NCBI GenBank assembly: GCA_001773385.1
Contig: MEWJ01000032.1
Coordinates: 1-49,280, forward strand
DNA from: a candidate division WWE3 bacterium RIFOXYD1_FULL_43_17
GTDB lineage: Bacteria; Patescibacteriota; WWE3; UBA101185; UBA10185
DNA length: 49,280 nucleotides
Direction of reading: 5' to 3'
Made by a program: the position numbers and the translations under genes. The notes under the pieces are model-generated. The model was not told the origin of the DNA, made no database searches, and was given only the letters and a program-made list of their open reading frames with translations. This document shows, one piece after another, positions 25,083 through 34,372 of the stretch (within the stretch, counting starts at the first letter, position 1; the number at the start of each line of letters is the position of its first letter).

Positions 25083-25904
25083 TTAGGTTGTTGACTCCAA
25101 CAACCCCCTCAACCTTCCCATCTCAGCCCCCATCGCTTCCTCCCCTACCAACACAGTGCCTTTATCTTTTGCAAAATTCTTAAAGAGATTAAAGCTGTTC
25201 TCGGGTATTTTAGGGTTCAGTGCGATATCTGCGTATCTCAGATTTTCCTTAGCCATTTGGCTTAGTAATATTTGATAAGAGAGTCTGACAATCTCTCGGG
25301 TGTTTAGTTTCATTCCGCCTTCCATAGCTGCGGTCAAAGGAAAAATATTTCCGTACAGGTTAACCCCGATCACAACATCCGCTCCCATTCTTCTAACTTC
25401 TTCCGTAGGTACGGGTGTTGAGTTTCCTCCGTCCACCAGCTTTTTTCCTTCTATATCCACCGGTGTCAGAACCAAAGGTACTGATATGCTGGCTCTTATT
25501 GCTGTAGCCAAATTGCCATTTTCAAGATATACGGTTTCTCCGGTTAAAATATCGGTTGTTGCGGCTTTAAAAGGTATTTTCAAGTCTTCTATCTTTGCTC
25601 CTTTTAAATAACCTTCCATAAAAGTCACGAATTTATTTCCTTTTAAAAGCCCTAACTCCGTTTTAGGGTCCGACACGGCGTTAAATATATCCCGGTATCC
25701 GATGTTTTCGAGAATCTTCTCAATTTCTCCGATATTTCCATAATAAGCATACAAACCCCCGACCAATGCTCCAACACTTGAACCTGAAATGTAATCAATG
25801 GAAATTCCGTTCTTTTCGAGAGATTTTAAAACCCCGATATGCGCGAGGCCTCTCCAGCCTCCGCTCCCCAAAGCCAAACCGACCTTTTTAACAGCTCCGC
25901 TCAT
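25083..25904 (-). CDS. Patatin-like phospholipase (NTE/RssA family)
   Basis: LGSGGWRG, GSSVG nucleophile, DGG motifs. Confidence 0.92.
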   Translation of the reverse strand: MSGAVKKVGLALGSGGWRGLAHIGVLKSLEKNGISIDYISGSSVGALVGGLYAYYGNIGEIEKILENIGYRDIFNAVSDPKTELGLLKGNKFVTFMEGYLKGAKIEDLKIPFKAATTDILTGETVYLENGNLATAIRASISVPLVLTPVDIEGKKLVDGGNSTPVPTEEVRRMGADVVIGVNLYGNIFPLTAAMEGGMKLNTREIVRLSYQILLSQMAKENLRYADIALNPKIPENSFNLFKNFAKDKGTVLVGEEAMGAEMGRLRGLLESTT

Positions 25905-26350
25905 TTTAATTCAACAAAAGTTTCGTCAATTAAATTTCCGAACCCGTCTTCCAATATAAGCTTATATTCTCCCGGGTTTAAATTGCTGATCGCCCCGAAT
26001 ATTTCGTAATAAACATAAGTTTCCTCTTCCGTGAATTCGTCGTCTCTTAAAACTACTGTAATGTTAGGGTCAACAATTAAAAATGGAAAGGACGGTTGAA
26101 ATTTTAGTTTGCGCCTCATCTGCGCCGTTTCAAAGTTACCTTTTAAATCATAAAACTTTGTTTCGAATAGAATGGAACTTTCCTGGGCCGCTATTTTAAG
26201 GGGAATTTGTTCGGCTTCATCTATAACCGTGGTTTTTATTTCATAATTGAACTTTGGGGATGACACTCTGACCAAAACTATAAAACCTGCCCCAAGGGCG
26301 AAAATGAGCGACAGTATAAGGACAATTTTTCTCTTTGCGGTGAATGTCAT
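25901..26350 (-). CDS. Membrane-anchored hypothetical protein
   Basis: N-terminal TM helix; overlaps patatin start by 4 nt. Confidence 0.7.
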   Translation of the reverse strand: MTFTAKRKIVLILSLIFALGAGFIVLVRVSSPKFNYEIKTTVIDEAEQIPLKIAAQESSILFETKFYDLKGNFETAQMRRKLKFQPSFPFLIVDPNITVVLRDDEFTEEETYVYYEIFGAISNLNPGEYKLILEDGFGNLIDETFVELK

Positions 26351-26374
26351 ACCCCTATGTTACCATATACCCGT

Positions 26375-27088
26375 ATGGCAGTAACGGCAAAACACACCGC
26401 TTCGGTGGCAGATAAAAAGGCAGTCTCTCCTTTAGTTACGTGGTTAAAGCTCAAAATTTCCGGCGTAGAAGAATTTGACTTCAGACCCGGGCAATTTATT
26501 AACCTTGAGGTTGGGGACGGAATTTACCGTTCTTACTCTATTTGTAACGAAGCTGTAGGCGGGCCGTTTGTGGAACTTGCCGCCATTACCGGACGTCCCG
26601 GTTTAGGAGCTAACTTTATCAACGAACTGAAAATAGGCTCGTCTGCGGGCTTTATAGGCCCTTCCGGGCGGTATTCTTACAGGAAGCCGGCTCGGAAAAA
26701 CGTAGTATTCGTGGCTACCTCCACCGGCATAGCGCCTTTTATTCCTATGCTGGCGCAGGCTTTGGAAGACACCTCCGTCGAGTCAGTTACCCTGGTTTTC
26801 GGTGTGCGCGACCAGGAAGACGTTTTTTTCGAAGAAAAATTCAAGAAGTTCTTGGAGACGTCACCTAAATTTAGCTACTTTATATGTTTGTCTGGAGTTA
26901 CCGGCGGACTCAAACCGCCCCTTTTTGCAAACAGAGTTACCTTTTGTTTACCCGATTTTGTTAAGGAACACACCGACTTTTATTTATGCGGAAATACCGC
27001 AATGATCCGCGACTGTTCTGATATTATTAATAAAGCGGGTTTGGAAGATTTTGCAATTTATACCGAAGCTTTTAACCCGAATTTGTAA
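26375..27088 (+). CDS. FAD/NAD(P)-binding oxidoreductase (ferredoxin-NADP reductase-like)
   Basis: FRPGQF, RSYSI, GPSG, STGIAPF, FYLCG motifs; alternative start 26357. Confidence 0.9.
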   Translation: MAVTAKHTASVADKKAVSPLVTWLKLKISGVEEFDFRPGQFINLEVGDGIYRSYSICNEAVGGPFVELAAITGRPGLGANFINELKIGSSAGFIGPSGRYSYRKPARKNVVFVATSTGIAPFIPMLAQALEDTSVESVTLVFGVRDQEDVFFEEKFKKFLETSPKFSYFICLSGVTGGLKPPLFANRVTFCLPDFVKEHTDFYLCGNTAMIRDCSDIINKAGLEDFAIYTEAFNPNL

Positions 27089-27090
27089 AT

Positions 27091-27888
27091 ATGAGTGAAG
27101 CATACGAGAACGAACCTACATATTCAGCTGATAAAGAGCTGGTGGATTCGATTAAGATGGAATGTTCCAGCATATCCCCCGCCGAACAACAAGCCATATC
27201 TCAATTCGCAAAGTATTCTAAAAATCTAATACTCGAAGAATTTGGGAATCATATATCCCAAGAGAAAAAAGACAACCTCGAAAAGGTTACCGACCATTTC
27301 GTGATAATGGACATCGACCACTTCGAAAAATTTAAAGAAGCGTGGCTGCCTGAAATAAATTTTGGTAAACAGTCGTTAGAGAACGGCGGATATTATTTTC
27401 GCATGGGAGATGTAATCGCAGTCAGGGATAATATGGATATTATAAAGCAAGTTTCCGAGGCCGCCTACAAACAAAATTACTTTCCACCCGGAATGACGAG
27501 AGATGTTTATGAAAAAAGATTGATGTTAACCATGACAGCTGACATTATTATTCACGAATTGATTCACTACAGCCAGAATATGCCCGATGAGAAAGGGAAA
27601 GAAAATGTGCTTAAGATGATGTGCTTTATTGAGTGCGGTGCCTCATACGCAACTGAGAAAATACTAAGAGATACCCTCCCAAAAGTCAGATTACAGGAAC
27701 CTGAATTTAATCAAGTGAGAGTTAAAAAATTTGAAAAGTTGCTTGAAGTGTATGGAGACGGGGTTCTTGATGTGTGTTTTGGAAATTACGAAAAGGGGAC
27801 CTCCGAAGAAAAGGAAGTTGAAAAACTGAGAGATGAAATATATAAAGAATTTGACCTATATGAAATGGCTAGGTTGGGATTGATATAA
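27091..27888 (+). CDS. Hypothetical protein with HExxH zincin-like motif
   Basis: IIIHELIHY followed by FIECGASY (possible third ligand Glu). Confidence 0.6.
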   Translation: MSEAYENEPTYSADKELVDSIKMECSSISPAEQQAISQFAKYSKNLILEEFGNHISQEKKDNLEKVTDHFVIMDIDHFEKFKEAWLPEINFGKQSLENGGYYFRMGDVIAVRDNMDIIKQVSEAAYKQNYFPPGMTRDVYEKRLMLTMTADIIIHELIHYSQNMPDEKGKENVLKMMCFIECGASYATEKILRDTLPKVRLQEPEFNQVRVKKFEKLLEVYGDGVLDVCFGNYEKGTSEEKEVEKLRDEIYKEFDLYEMARLGLI

Positions 27889-27889
27889 T

Positions 27890-30109
27890 CTACTTACCCA
27901 GCCTCAAACTGTTTGCCACAACACTAATTGAACTTAGAGCCATCGCAGCGGCAGCTATCGCCGGAGAAAGCATAATTCCGAAAAATGGAAATAAAATACC
28001 GGCAGCTACCGGTATTCCTACAGTGTTATAGCCAAAAGCCCAGAATAAATTCTGTTTAATAATGCGCAACGTTCTTTTTGAAATCTTAATCAGCTTATAA
28101 ACCCTAGATATATCCCCACCCAAAAGTATTACATCGCCCGATTGCATTGCTATGTCGGTTCCCGTACCCATCGCGATGCCTACATCAGCCGTAGCGAGAG
28201 CCGGAGAGTCGTTTATACCGTCGCCGACCATTGAAACCAATTCATCAGGGTGAGTTTTCTTAAGATCCGAAATTACATCTGCTTTTTGAGACGGGAGCAC
28301 TTCTGCCATAACATTTTTTATTCCCGCAATTTGTGCCGCATAATTAGCATTTGATTTTGTATCTCCGGTTAAAAGATATGTGGTAACCCCGATATTGTGT
28401 AATTTTTCAATTATTGAGGGCGTATCTTCTTTCATTTCATCACGCAAGTAAAATATACCCGCAACGTCGTTATTTATTGTTACGGCTACAGGAGTTGAGA
28501 CGCCGTCGCCTTTAAATTCTTTTTCGCTTACACGGCCGACAAAAATTTGGTTATCCCCTACCCTACCCTCTATTCCTTTTCCCGGAATGTTTTTAAATTC
28601 GCTAACATCTTCCGACTTAACAACGCCGCGACCGTTTAGAAAATCAACAATTGCCCTTGCCAATGGATGTTCAGACCTTGACTCAATTGCGAGAACATTT
28701 TGATAAACAATATCCTGGTTAATTTTTTTTGAGATGTGCTTGTAAGCGTGAACTTCAGGGTATCCCATTGTGATGGTTCCGGTTTTGTCGAAGACCACAT
28801 GCTTTATTTTTCCGGCCCGTTCTAAGGTTTTGGCGTCCTTAATTAAAATTCCACCTCTCGCTGCTGTGCCGGAAGCTGTGACGATTGCGGTGGGAGTTGC
28901 AAGACCTAAAGCGCACGGACAGGCAATAATCAAAACGCTTGTGAAGGCGTATAGGGCTGTTCCAAAGTCGCCGGGTTTAAAAAACAACCACGCACCTAAA
29001 GTTATGAATGCTACAACTATTACTACCGGAACGAAAACCGAGGAAACTTTATCAGCGAGCCTTTGTATATCCGCGCGCGAACCCTGCGCATCTTCTACCA
29101 GTCGGATTATTTGCGCTAAAACCGTGTCGCTTCCGACGTGTACGGCGTCGTAAATAAAATAACCGTCGTTGTTTATGGTTCCCCCGATAACTTTATCGCC
29201 CTCTTTTTTCTCAACCGGCATGGCTTCTCCTGAAATCATTGATTCATCGACAGTACTCTTTCCTTCAGAAATAATTCCGTCCACGGGAATTTTTGTTCCG
29301 GGCTTGACTACAACTTTGTCACCTACTTTTACATCGGCGGCGTCAATTTCTTCCTCTTTACCGTAGCGGATAATTATTGCCTTCTTGACCTGCATACCTA
29401 TTAGCGACTTTACCGCCGAGCCTGTGTGTTTTTTACTGTTAGATTCTAAAAACCTTCCGAGAAGTATAAAGAAAATAATAAAAACTGCTGCCTCAAAGTA
29501 TTGTTCACGGGCGGAAAGAAAATGAGGAAAAAATATTACGACCGTAGAATACGCCCATGCCGTAAATGTTCCCATTGCTATTAACGTGTCCATGTTGGCA
29601 GTACGTACAATAAGTGATTTCCATGCTGCAAAGAAGATAGAGCGGCCTCCCCAAAATACTATTAGTGTCGCCAGAACGAATTGTCCGTAAGTTATAAACG
29701 GCATTGCGTCTCCGAGCATCATTTCAAAATCCGGGAGTAACCCAACTTTCGCTAAAAACATCCAGATCATTAAAATGAAAAATGGAACTGACCCTAATCC
29801 GGTAAGTATTACTGTTTGTTTTAACTTTCTATTCTCTTCGTGGTGCATGTGGTCTGCGTCGTGATGATGCCCCTCGTCGTGTTCTTCCATACCGTCGACA
29901 ATTTTGTAATTTCCTGCGGATGACACCGCGTGCGAAATATCTTTTAGTGAAGCTACCGTGTCGTCAAAACTTACGGTCATTTTTTCCGTTGCAAAATTTA
30001 CAAACACATCTTTAACGCCAGCTGTATTTTTTACGGAATTTTCTATTAATGCTTTGCAGCTTGCGCAATGCATCCCGATTATCGGATAAGATTCTTTATT
30101 TATTGGCAT
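27890..30109 (-). CDS. copA: Copper-translocating P1B-type ATPase
   Basis: GMHCASC HMA, His-rich linker, CPC, DKTGT, SEHPLA, GDGIND, YN and MxxSS motifs. Confidence 0.93.
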   Translation of the reverse strand: MPINKESYPIIGMHCASCKALIENSVKNTAGVKDVFVNFATEKMTVSFDDTVASLKDISHAVSSAGNYKIVDGMEEHDEGHHHDADHMHHEENRKLKQTVILTGLGSVPFFILMIWMFLAKVGLLPDFEMMLGDAMPFITYGQFVLATLIVFWGGRSIFFAAWKSLIVRTANMDTLIAMGTFTAWAYSTVVIFFPHFLSAREQYFEAAVFIIFFILLGRFLESNSKKHTGSAVKSLIGMQVKKAIIIRYGKEEEIDAADVKVGDKVVVKPGTKIPVDGIISEGKSTVDESMISGEAMPVEKKEGDKVIGGTINNDGYFIYDAVHVGSDTVLAQIIRLVEDAQGSRADIQRLADKVSSVFVPVVIVVAFITLGAWLFFKPGDFGTALYAFTSVLIIACPCALGLATPTAIVTASGTAARGGILIKDAKTLERAGKIKHVVFDKTGTITMGYPEVHAYKHISKKINQDIVYQNVLAIESRSEHPLARAIVDFLNGRGVVKSEDVSEFKNIPGKGIEGRVGDNQIFVGRVSEKEFKGDGVSTPVAVTINNDVAGIFYLRDEMKEDTPSIIEKLHNIGVTTYLLTGDTKSNANYAAQIAGIKNVMAEVLPSQKADVISDLKKTHPDELVSMVGDGINDSPALATADVGIAMGTGTDIAMQSGDVILLGGDISRVYKLIKISKRTLRIIKQNLFWAFGYNTVGIPVAAGILFPFFGIMLSPAIAAAAMALSSISVVANSLRLGK

Positions 30110-30113
30110 AGTT

Positions 30114-31454
30114 TCACTTAATTACAATGGTTACCGGAGGGACCATTCCCATCGAGCAGGTCAATTTATAAGTCCCTGGTTTGTCGGTGTTTATATCAAA
30201 CTCGTTGTAACCTTCTTTAATGTGAATTGAGCCGTCAAAAAGTCCACGGGCGACTATTGAGGCAGCACAACCGTATGCTCCCTGGTTGTAAAATTTAATT
30301 CTTGCAGGCTTTCCTGCTTCCAACTCAGAGTATTTTGGGAAATACTCAAATCCCTTGGCGTACATCTCAAGTATTTGGACATCCCCAGCCTGTGTAACTA
30401 TTCGCGTGCTCTCATCCTTTGTAGTGTCAGCTAATAAAGAAGTTAAGCTCGGCGCCCCCAGCACATTTAATTGCGAATTAATCGTGTACATAGAAAAGAA
30501 AAATACGAGTATTCCGGCTGTGTAGCTGAATAGTTGGGAAAATTTATGGTTTGAAAACAATTTAACACTGCTAAAACTCACGAGTGCCAACATGGGAAGA
30601 GTTCCGAGAGCAAAAGATAACAACATTAGCGAACTCGTTACAAAACTTCCGCTGGCTAAAGCGTTTGTCTGTGCAACTATTGTAAAGCCGCAGGGTAAGA
30701 AGAATGTAGCCGCGCCTATAACTAACGGCATGTATCTACCTTTAAAGTTTTTCTGATCCGCGGTGTATTCAGTAAAAAATTTGGGTGGTTTAATACGGTA
30801 TTTTTGGAGCCATTTTATATCCAGCATTTGAAGACCCATTAACGCAACGAGGGCAGAAATGGCGATAGTGAAAATTGATGTGGCTGTTACGTTATAAGTA
30901 AACATCGTTCCGACTAGACCCAGTATTCCACCCATAATTGCGAAAGAAATTAGACGCCCGGCGTTAAACAATGTGAATGGCACGTGTTTTTCACCGCCCG
31001 AGTAAATACCGCCCCAGGTTTTAGAGAGGGATAGAAGTATTCCGCCAACCAGCGCTGCGCAGGAAGATGCTCCTGCAGCCAAGCCGAACACAAAATAGGA
31101 AAGATAACCTGACGTTCCGGTAACAGAATATTTTGCCAGAAACCCGCTTTTTTCGTTGATGTAAAAAAGAGCTGCAGTTAGTGCCACTATTAATATGGCT
31201 CTTGTCATTGTGTCGCTTTTATTTACCTGAGGTGTTGTGTGGAAAGAGTAGCCGAGATCGCTGAATTCCTTATCAAGTTGTGATGTATTAATTGCGCCGG
31301 TGTCAGATACCCGTAAGTTTAGTTGATTATCGGAAAGAGACGCCTTAGCGTATTTTACCCAGCCTTTTTCTTTAAATCTTTGTTCTAAAATTGATTCGCA
31401 GGCCGCACAGTGCATGCCTTCTACGTATAATGTTTGCTCGGCAGTTTTACTCAT
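30114..31454 (-). CDS. HMA + DsbD_2/TauE-like membrane domain + cupredoxin-like fusion protein
   Basis: GMHCAAC, SSC...GG, FLPCG, C-terminal CSMGM. Confidence 0.85.
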   Translation of the reverse strand: MSKTAEQTLYVEGMHCAACESILEQRFKEKGWVKYAKASLSDNQLNLRVSDTGAINTSQLDKEFSDLGYSFHTTPQVNKSDTMTRAILIVALTAALFYINEKSGFLAKYSVTGTSGYLSYFVFGLAAGASSCAALVGGILLSLSKTWGGIYSGGEKHVPFTLFNAGRLISFAIMGGILGLVGTMFTYNVTATSIFTIAISALVALMGLQMLDIKWLQKYRIKPPKFFTEYTADQKNFKGRYMPLVIGAATFFLPCGFTIVAQTNALASGSFVTSSLMLLSFALGTLPMLALVSFSSVKLFSNHKFSQLFSYTAGILVFFFSMYTINSQLNVLGAPSLTSLLADTTKDESTRIVTQAGDVQILEMYAKGFEYFPKYSELEAGKPARIKFYNQGAYGCAASIVARGLFDGSIHIKEGYNEFDINTDKPGTYKLTCSMGMVPPVTIVIK

Positions 31455-31488
31455 TCGTATAGATAGTTTCTCACAAATTTATGCATAG

Positions 31489-31758
31489 TTACATTTTGTA
31501 TTTGTAAATTCCAAGTAACTCTTCCACGACTTTTTTAGTGTCGCCTTTTTTAGCCTGTTCAATTACGCAGTGGTTAAGGTGCCCTTCCATTAGCTGAAGA
31601 TCTAGACCTTTAAGTGCTTTTTGGACGGCAAGAGATTGGTTGAGGACGTCGACACAGTACGCGTCATTGTTAATCATCTCTTCTATGGCGTTCAGGTGTC
31701 CCTTAATAATTTTGATTCTGTGAATATTCTGTTTTTTTCTGTCATCGTGCCCGTTCAT
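31489..31758 (-). CDS. csoR: CsoR-family metal-sensitive repressor
   Basis: RIKIIKGHL...YCVDVLNQ...HLNHC; first gene of copper operon; alternative start 31770. Confidence 0.88.
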   Translation of the reverse strand: MNGHDDRKKQNIHRIKIIKGHLNAIEEMINNDAYCVDVLNQSLAVQKALKGLDLQLMEGHLNHCVIEQAKKGDTKKVVEELLGIYKYKM

Positions 31759-31784
31759 ATAGTCCCCCATAGGGGGATACTATA
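31758..31784. promoter_or_regulatory. CsoR operator-like pseudo-palindrome
   Basis: TATAGTCCCCCATAGGGGGATACTATA with C-tract/G-tract core, immediately upstream of csoR; extra GGGGTAT half-site at 31804-31810. Confidence 0.65.
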
Positions 31785-31814
31785 AAAAGTAGCACATATA
31801 GAAGGGGTATGCAA

Positions 31815-31852
31815 GAAAAATCCCCGGGATGTTTTGCAACAGCTCGGGGATT
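31815..31852 (-). terminator. Rho-independent terminator
   Basis: AATCCCCG(G/A)G inverted repeat followed on minus strand by T-tract. Confidence 0.6.
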
Positions 31853-31859
31853 ACGAAAC

Positions 31860-32126
31860 TTAGTAAATTATAACTACGCGGTCCTCGTGAGTCTTAGGAT
31901 CTTTGAGGTCGTCAACAGCGATAAGATGTCTTTCTACATTACCGTTGTGCATTATGACATCCAATAGCACGCTGTGGGAGATTTCAGAAAATTTTGCTCC
32001 CCTAACCTCCTGGTTTTGAATCACGTATATATACCGCTCAAGCACGTTGTACTTGGCCGCAGCAAACTGCACTGCAAGTTTCCGCGCCCGTACCAGACCT
32101 GTAATCACACGTTCTTCATCCTGCAC
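31860..32126 (-). CDS. Hypothetical protein
   Basis: GTG start with SD GAGGAGG; followed by terminator. Confidence 0.65.
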   Translation of the reverse strand: MQDEERVITGLVRARKLAVQFAAAKYNVLERYIYVIQNQEVRGAKFSEISHSVLLDVIMHNGNVERHLIAVDDLKDPKTHEDRVVIIY

Positions 32127-32168
32127 CTTTTCCTCCTCTCGGGTTTATGTACGCGGTCGATAAAATCA

Positions 32169-32663
32169 TTATGTGAACGATGAGCGGTCTTTATTCCAGT
32201 GTGCAAAAGAAAAAAGACCCAGATATAGAAAAAGTCCTCCTGCAAGCCACCAACCTACACCTGTGTGGGTGTTCCAGTAATTGATTGCCTTAAGGTCCAA
32301 GGTTTTCAATTCCTCTTGCAGCAGCTTTACCGTGGAGGAATACTCGGGACTATTGCCCGGTATCATACTTAACCGCTCAGCCTTTTCTTTTAGAAGTTGC
32401 AGTTGAGCAATCTTCCACGTCATGTCGTTCTCCCGGGTCTTAAATATTCCTGCAAACCCGTCGTCCATACCCCATCTGACAAGCGACTGTTCGGCTGTAG
32501 ATAAGCTATGGTAGATTTCTGCTGAATCCTGCGAGGTTTCCGCCAATTGCTTCCACCTAGTTATTTCCCGGTCGATACTTTCAAAGTTGTAAAGTATGCC
32601 CAAAATAACGACAAAGACCACAATTGCAGACAGTGCAAGAAAAAACTCAGCCGTTTTATTCAT
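32169..32663 (-). CDS. Hypothetical membrane protein (2 TM)
   Basis: N- and C-terminal TM helices; SD AAGGAG. Confidence 0.75.
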   Translation of the reverse strand: MNKTAEFFLALSAIVVFVVILGILYNFESIDREITRWKQLAETSQDSAEIYHSLSTAEQSLVRWGMDDGFAGIFKTRENDMTWKIAQLQLLKEKAERLSMIPGNSPEYSSTVKLLQEELKTLDLKAINYWNTHTGVGWWLAGGLFLYLGLFSFAHWNKDRSSFT

Positions 32664-32765
32664 CTCTCACTCCTTTATTTAGGATTATTCTGGGGGAATT
32701 TTAACACTAGAAGGCGGTTTAAGCAACCTATAGCACGCGAATGTGGGGGGGGGTTGTTTACTACT

Positions 32766-32958
32766 CAGCATCCTCATAACTATGGTGGGCCTGCCTGGGC
32801 TCGAACCAGGGACCTTTCGGATGTCTGCTTCGCAGCATCCTCATAAATATGGTGGGCCTGCCTGGGCTCGAACCAGGGACCTTTCGGATGTCTGCTTCGC
32901 AGCATCCTCATAATCATGGTGGGCCTGCCTGGGCTCGAACCAGGGACCTTTCGGATGT
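32766..32958 (-). repeat. 67-bp tandem array of tRNA-Val 3' halves separated by a GCGAAGC-capped hairpin
   Basis: TGGTGGGCCTGCCTGGGCTCGAACCAGGGACCTTTCGGATGT starts at 32783, 32850, 32917. Confidence 0.95.
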
Positions 32959-32993
32959 AAACCGAACGCTCTGACCAACTGAGCTACAAGCCC
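32917..32993 (-). tRNA. tRNA-Val(UAC)
   Basis: GGGCTTG/CAGGCCC acceptor, TTCGG-TTTACAT-CCGAA anticodon arm, encoded CCA. Confidence 0.95.
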
Positions 32994-33089
32994 TAAACGT
33001 CTATCAGGTCGAAACGTAACGCAGAACCGTCCGTCCATTATTCTATCAAATCTCTTTGAAATTGCGACATTATTTGGTTAAATTAAAGT

Positions 33090-34067
33090 GTGCCCGATCC
33101 TGTCCAAAGACCCCGCAGTAATAACAGAGATACAGACTTTCTATTGATATTTCTACCTGTACTGGCAGCTGCCACTTTGTTTGTCTTAGTACTTAGCGAT
33201 AAGTTCAATATCAAGTTATTCGGGCGGAATTTCATAAAAGAGGTCGTTTATCAGCGTAACAACACTCCGCAAGTCAGCAGCAAACCCGTCATTCAGGACG
33301 AAGTCACTTTTACCAAGGTAGAAACCCAATTTGTCGAACTCACTAAAAAACTTACTATAGAACCCGGCGTTTATGGTCTTTATATAAAAGATGTAGGGTC
33401 GGGACGGGAATTTAAGTATAACGATGCCACCGAGTTTTACGCGGCCTCTTTGTACAAAGTCCCACTCGCTGCTGCTGTTTTAAAAGAAGTTGAAGCAGGA
33501 AAATTAAAGCTCGACGACACCGCTACTTACCTTCCTTACGACTACTCTTCGGGAACAGGAGTGATAAGCACATACTCGCACGGAATACAGCTTAAAATTA
33601 GCGATATATTGTCGGAACTATTAAAAAACAGCGATAACACAGCCCAAAACATATTACTAAGGACTCTCAGCTACAAAAATGTTCAGGAGACCTTTAACGC
33701 TGTGGTTCCGGACAAAAACACCAGCACTTATTATAGATACAACCTAAGTACCCCCGCCGAAATCAGCTTTGTTTTTGAAAAACTCTATTTTGGTGACTAC
33801 CTGAACGCCGAAGACAAGAAGTATTTGTCGGATTTAATGGTAAACACCTCTTTCGAGGACAGAATAAGTGCTTACCTCAAAGACGGGTTGGTATTTTCTC
33901 ATAAAATAGGAAGCTGGCCGGATTCCTGGCACGACTGTGGAGTTGTTTCCTCTGAAGCAAACGACTCCAAGCTGATAGTGTGTCTTATGAGTCAAAAGGC
34001 TCCCTACGAAAACTTTCTGAATGCTGCAAAAATGACCGGAGAGTTTGTTAGCATTTTAATGAACTAA
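33090..34067 (+). CDS. Membrane-anchored serine hydrolase, class A beta-lactamase-like fold
   Basis: AASLYK (SxxK), SDN, HKIG motifs; N-terminal TM helix. Confidence 0.85.
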   Translation: MPDPVQRPRSNNRDTDFLLIFLPVLAAATLFVLVLSDKFNIKLFGRNFIKEVVYQRNNTPQVSSKPVIQDEVTFTKVETQFVELTKKLTIEPGVYGLYIKDVGSGREFKYNDATEFYAASLYKVPLAAAVLKEVEAGKLKLDDTATYLPYDYSSGTGVISTYSHGIQLKISDILSELLKNSDNTAQNILLRTLSYKNVQETFNAVVPDKNTSTYYRYNLSTPAEISFVFEKLYFGDYLNAEDKKYLSDLMVNTSFEDRISAYLKDGLVFSHKIGSWPDSWHDCGVVSSEANDSKLIVCLMSQKAPYENFLNAAKMTGEFVSILMN

Positions 34068-34069
34068 AC

Positions 34070-34372
34070 ATGTCCTTATCCTTTAAAAAGAAAAATGAGA
34101 ATTTTAAGTGCAGAAATTGTGGAACTTTTGTTATCGGAACGGGTTATACTAACCACTGCCCAAAATGTTTATATAGTGAACACGTAGATATTATGCCTGG
34201 AGACAGGGCAAATCCCTGCAAAGGACTGATGCAACCGGTCGGTATAGTAAAGAAACACGGGGAGTTCTTTGTGGTACACAAGTGCGAGCAGTGCGGTGAA
34301 GTAAAGCACAACAGAACATCAGAAGATGATGACCGGGATAAAATAATTGAAATATCTGTCCTACCCGTTTAA
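34070..34372 (+). CDS. RNHCP-domain zinc-binding protein
   Basis: FKCRNCG...YTNHCPKCLYSEHVD..PGDRA..C. Confidence 0.85.
   Translation: MSLSFKKKNENFKCRNCGTFVIGTGYTNHCPKCLYSEHVDIMPGDRANPCKGLMQPVGIVKKHGEFFVVHKCEQCGEVKHNRTSEDDDRDKIIEISVLPV

Noticed and set aside
32766-32958. CRISPR array
   Set aside because: The inter-repeat sequences are near-identical rather than unique spacers, the repeat is a tRNA 3' half, and no cas genes are present.
32547-33038. ORFs 32547-32846 and 32841-33038
   Set aside because: They are translations of tRNA-Val and its repeats.
33090-34067. Antibiotic-resistance beta-lactamase
   Set aside because: Membrane-anchored, and I could not identify the class A omega-loop ExxLN motif; more likely a cell-wall-related serine hydrolase.
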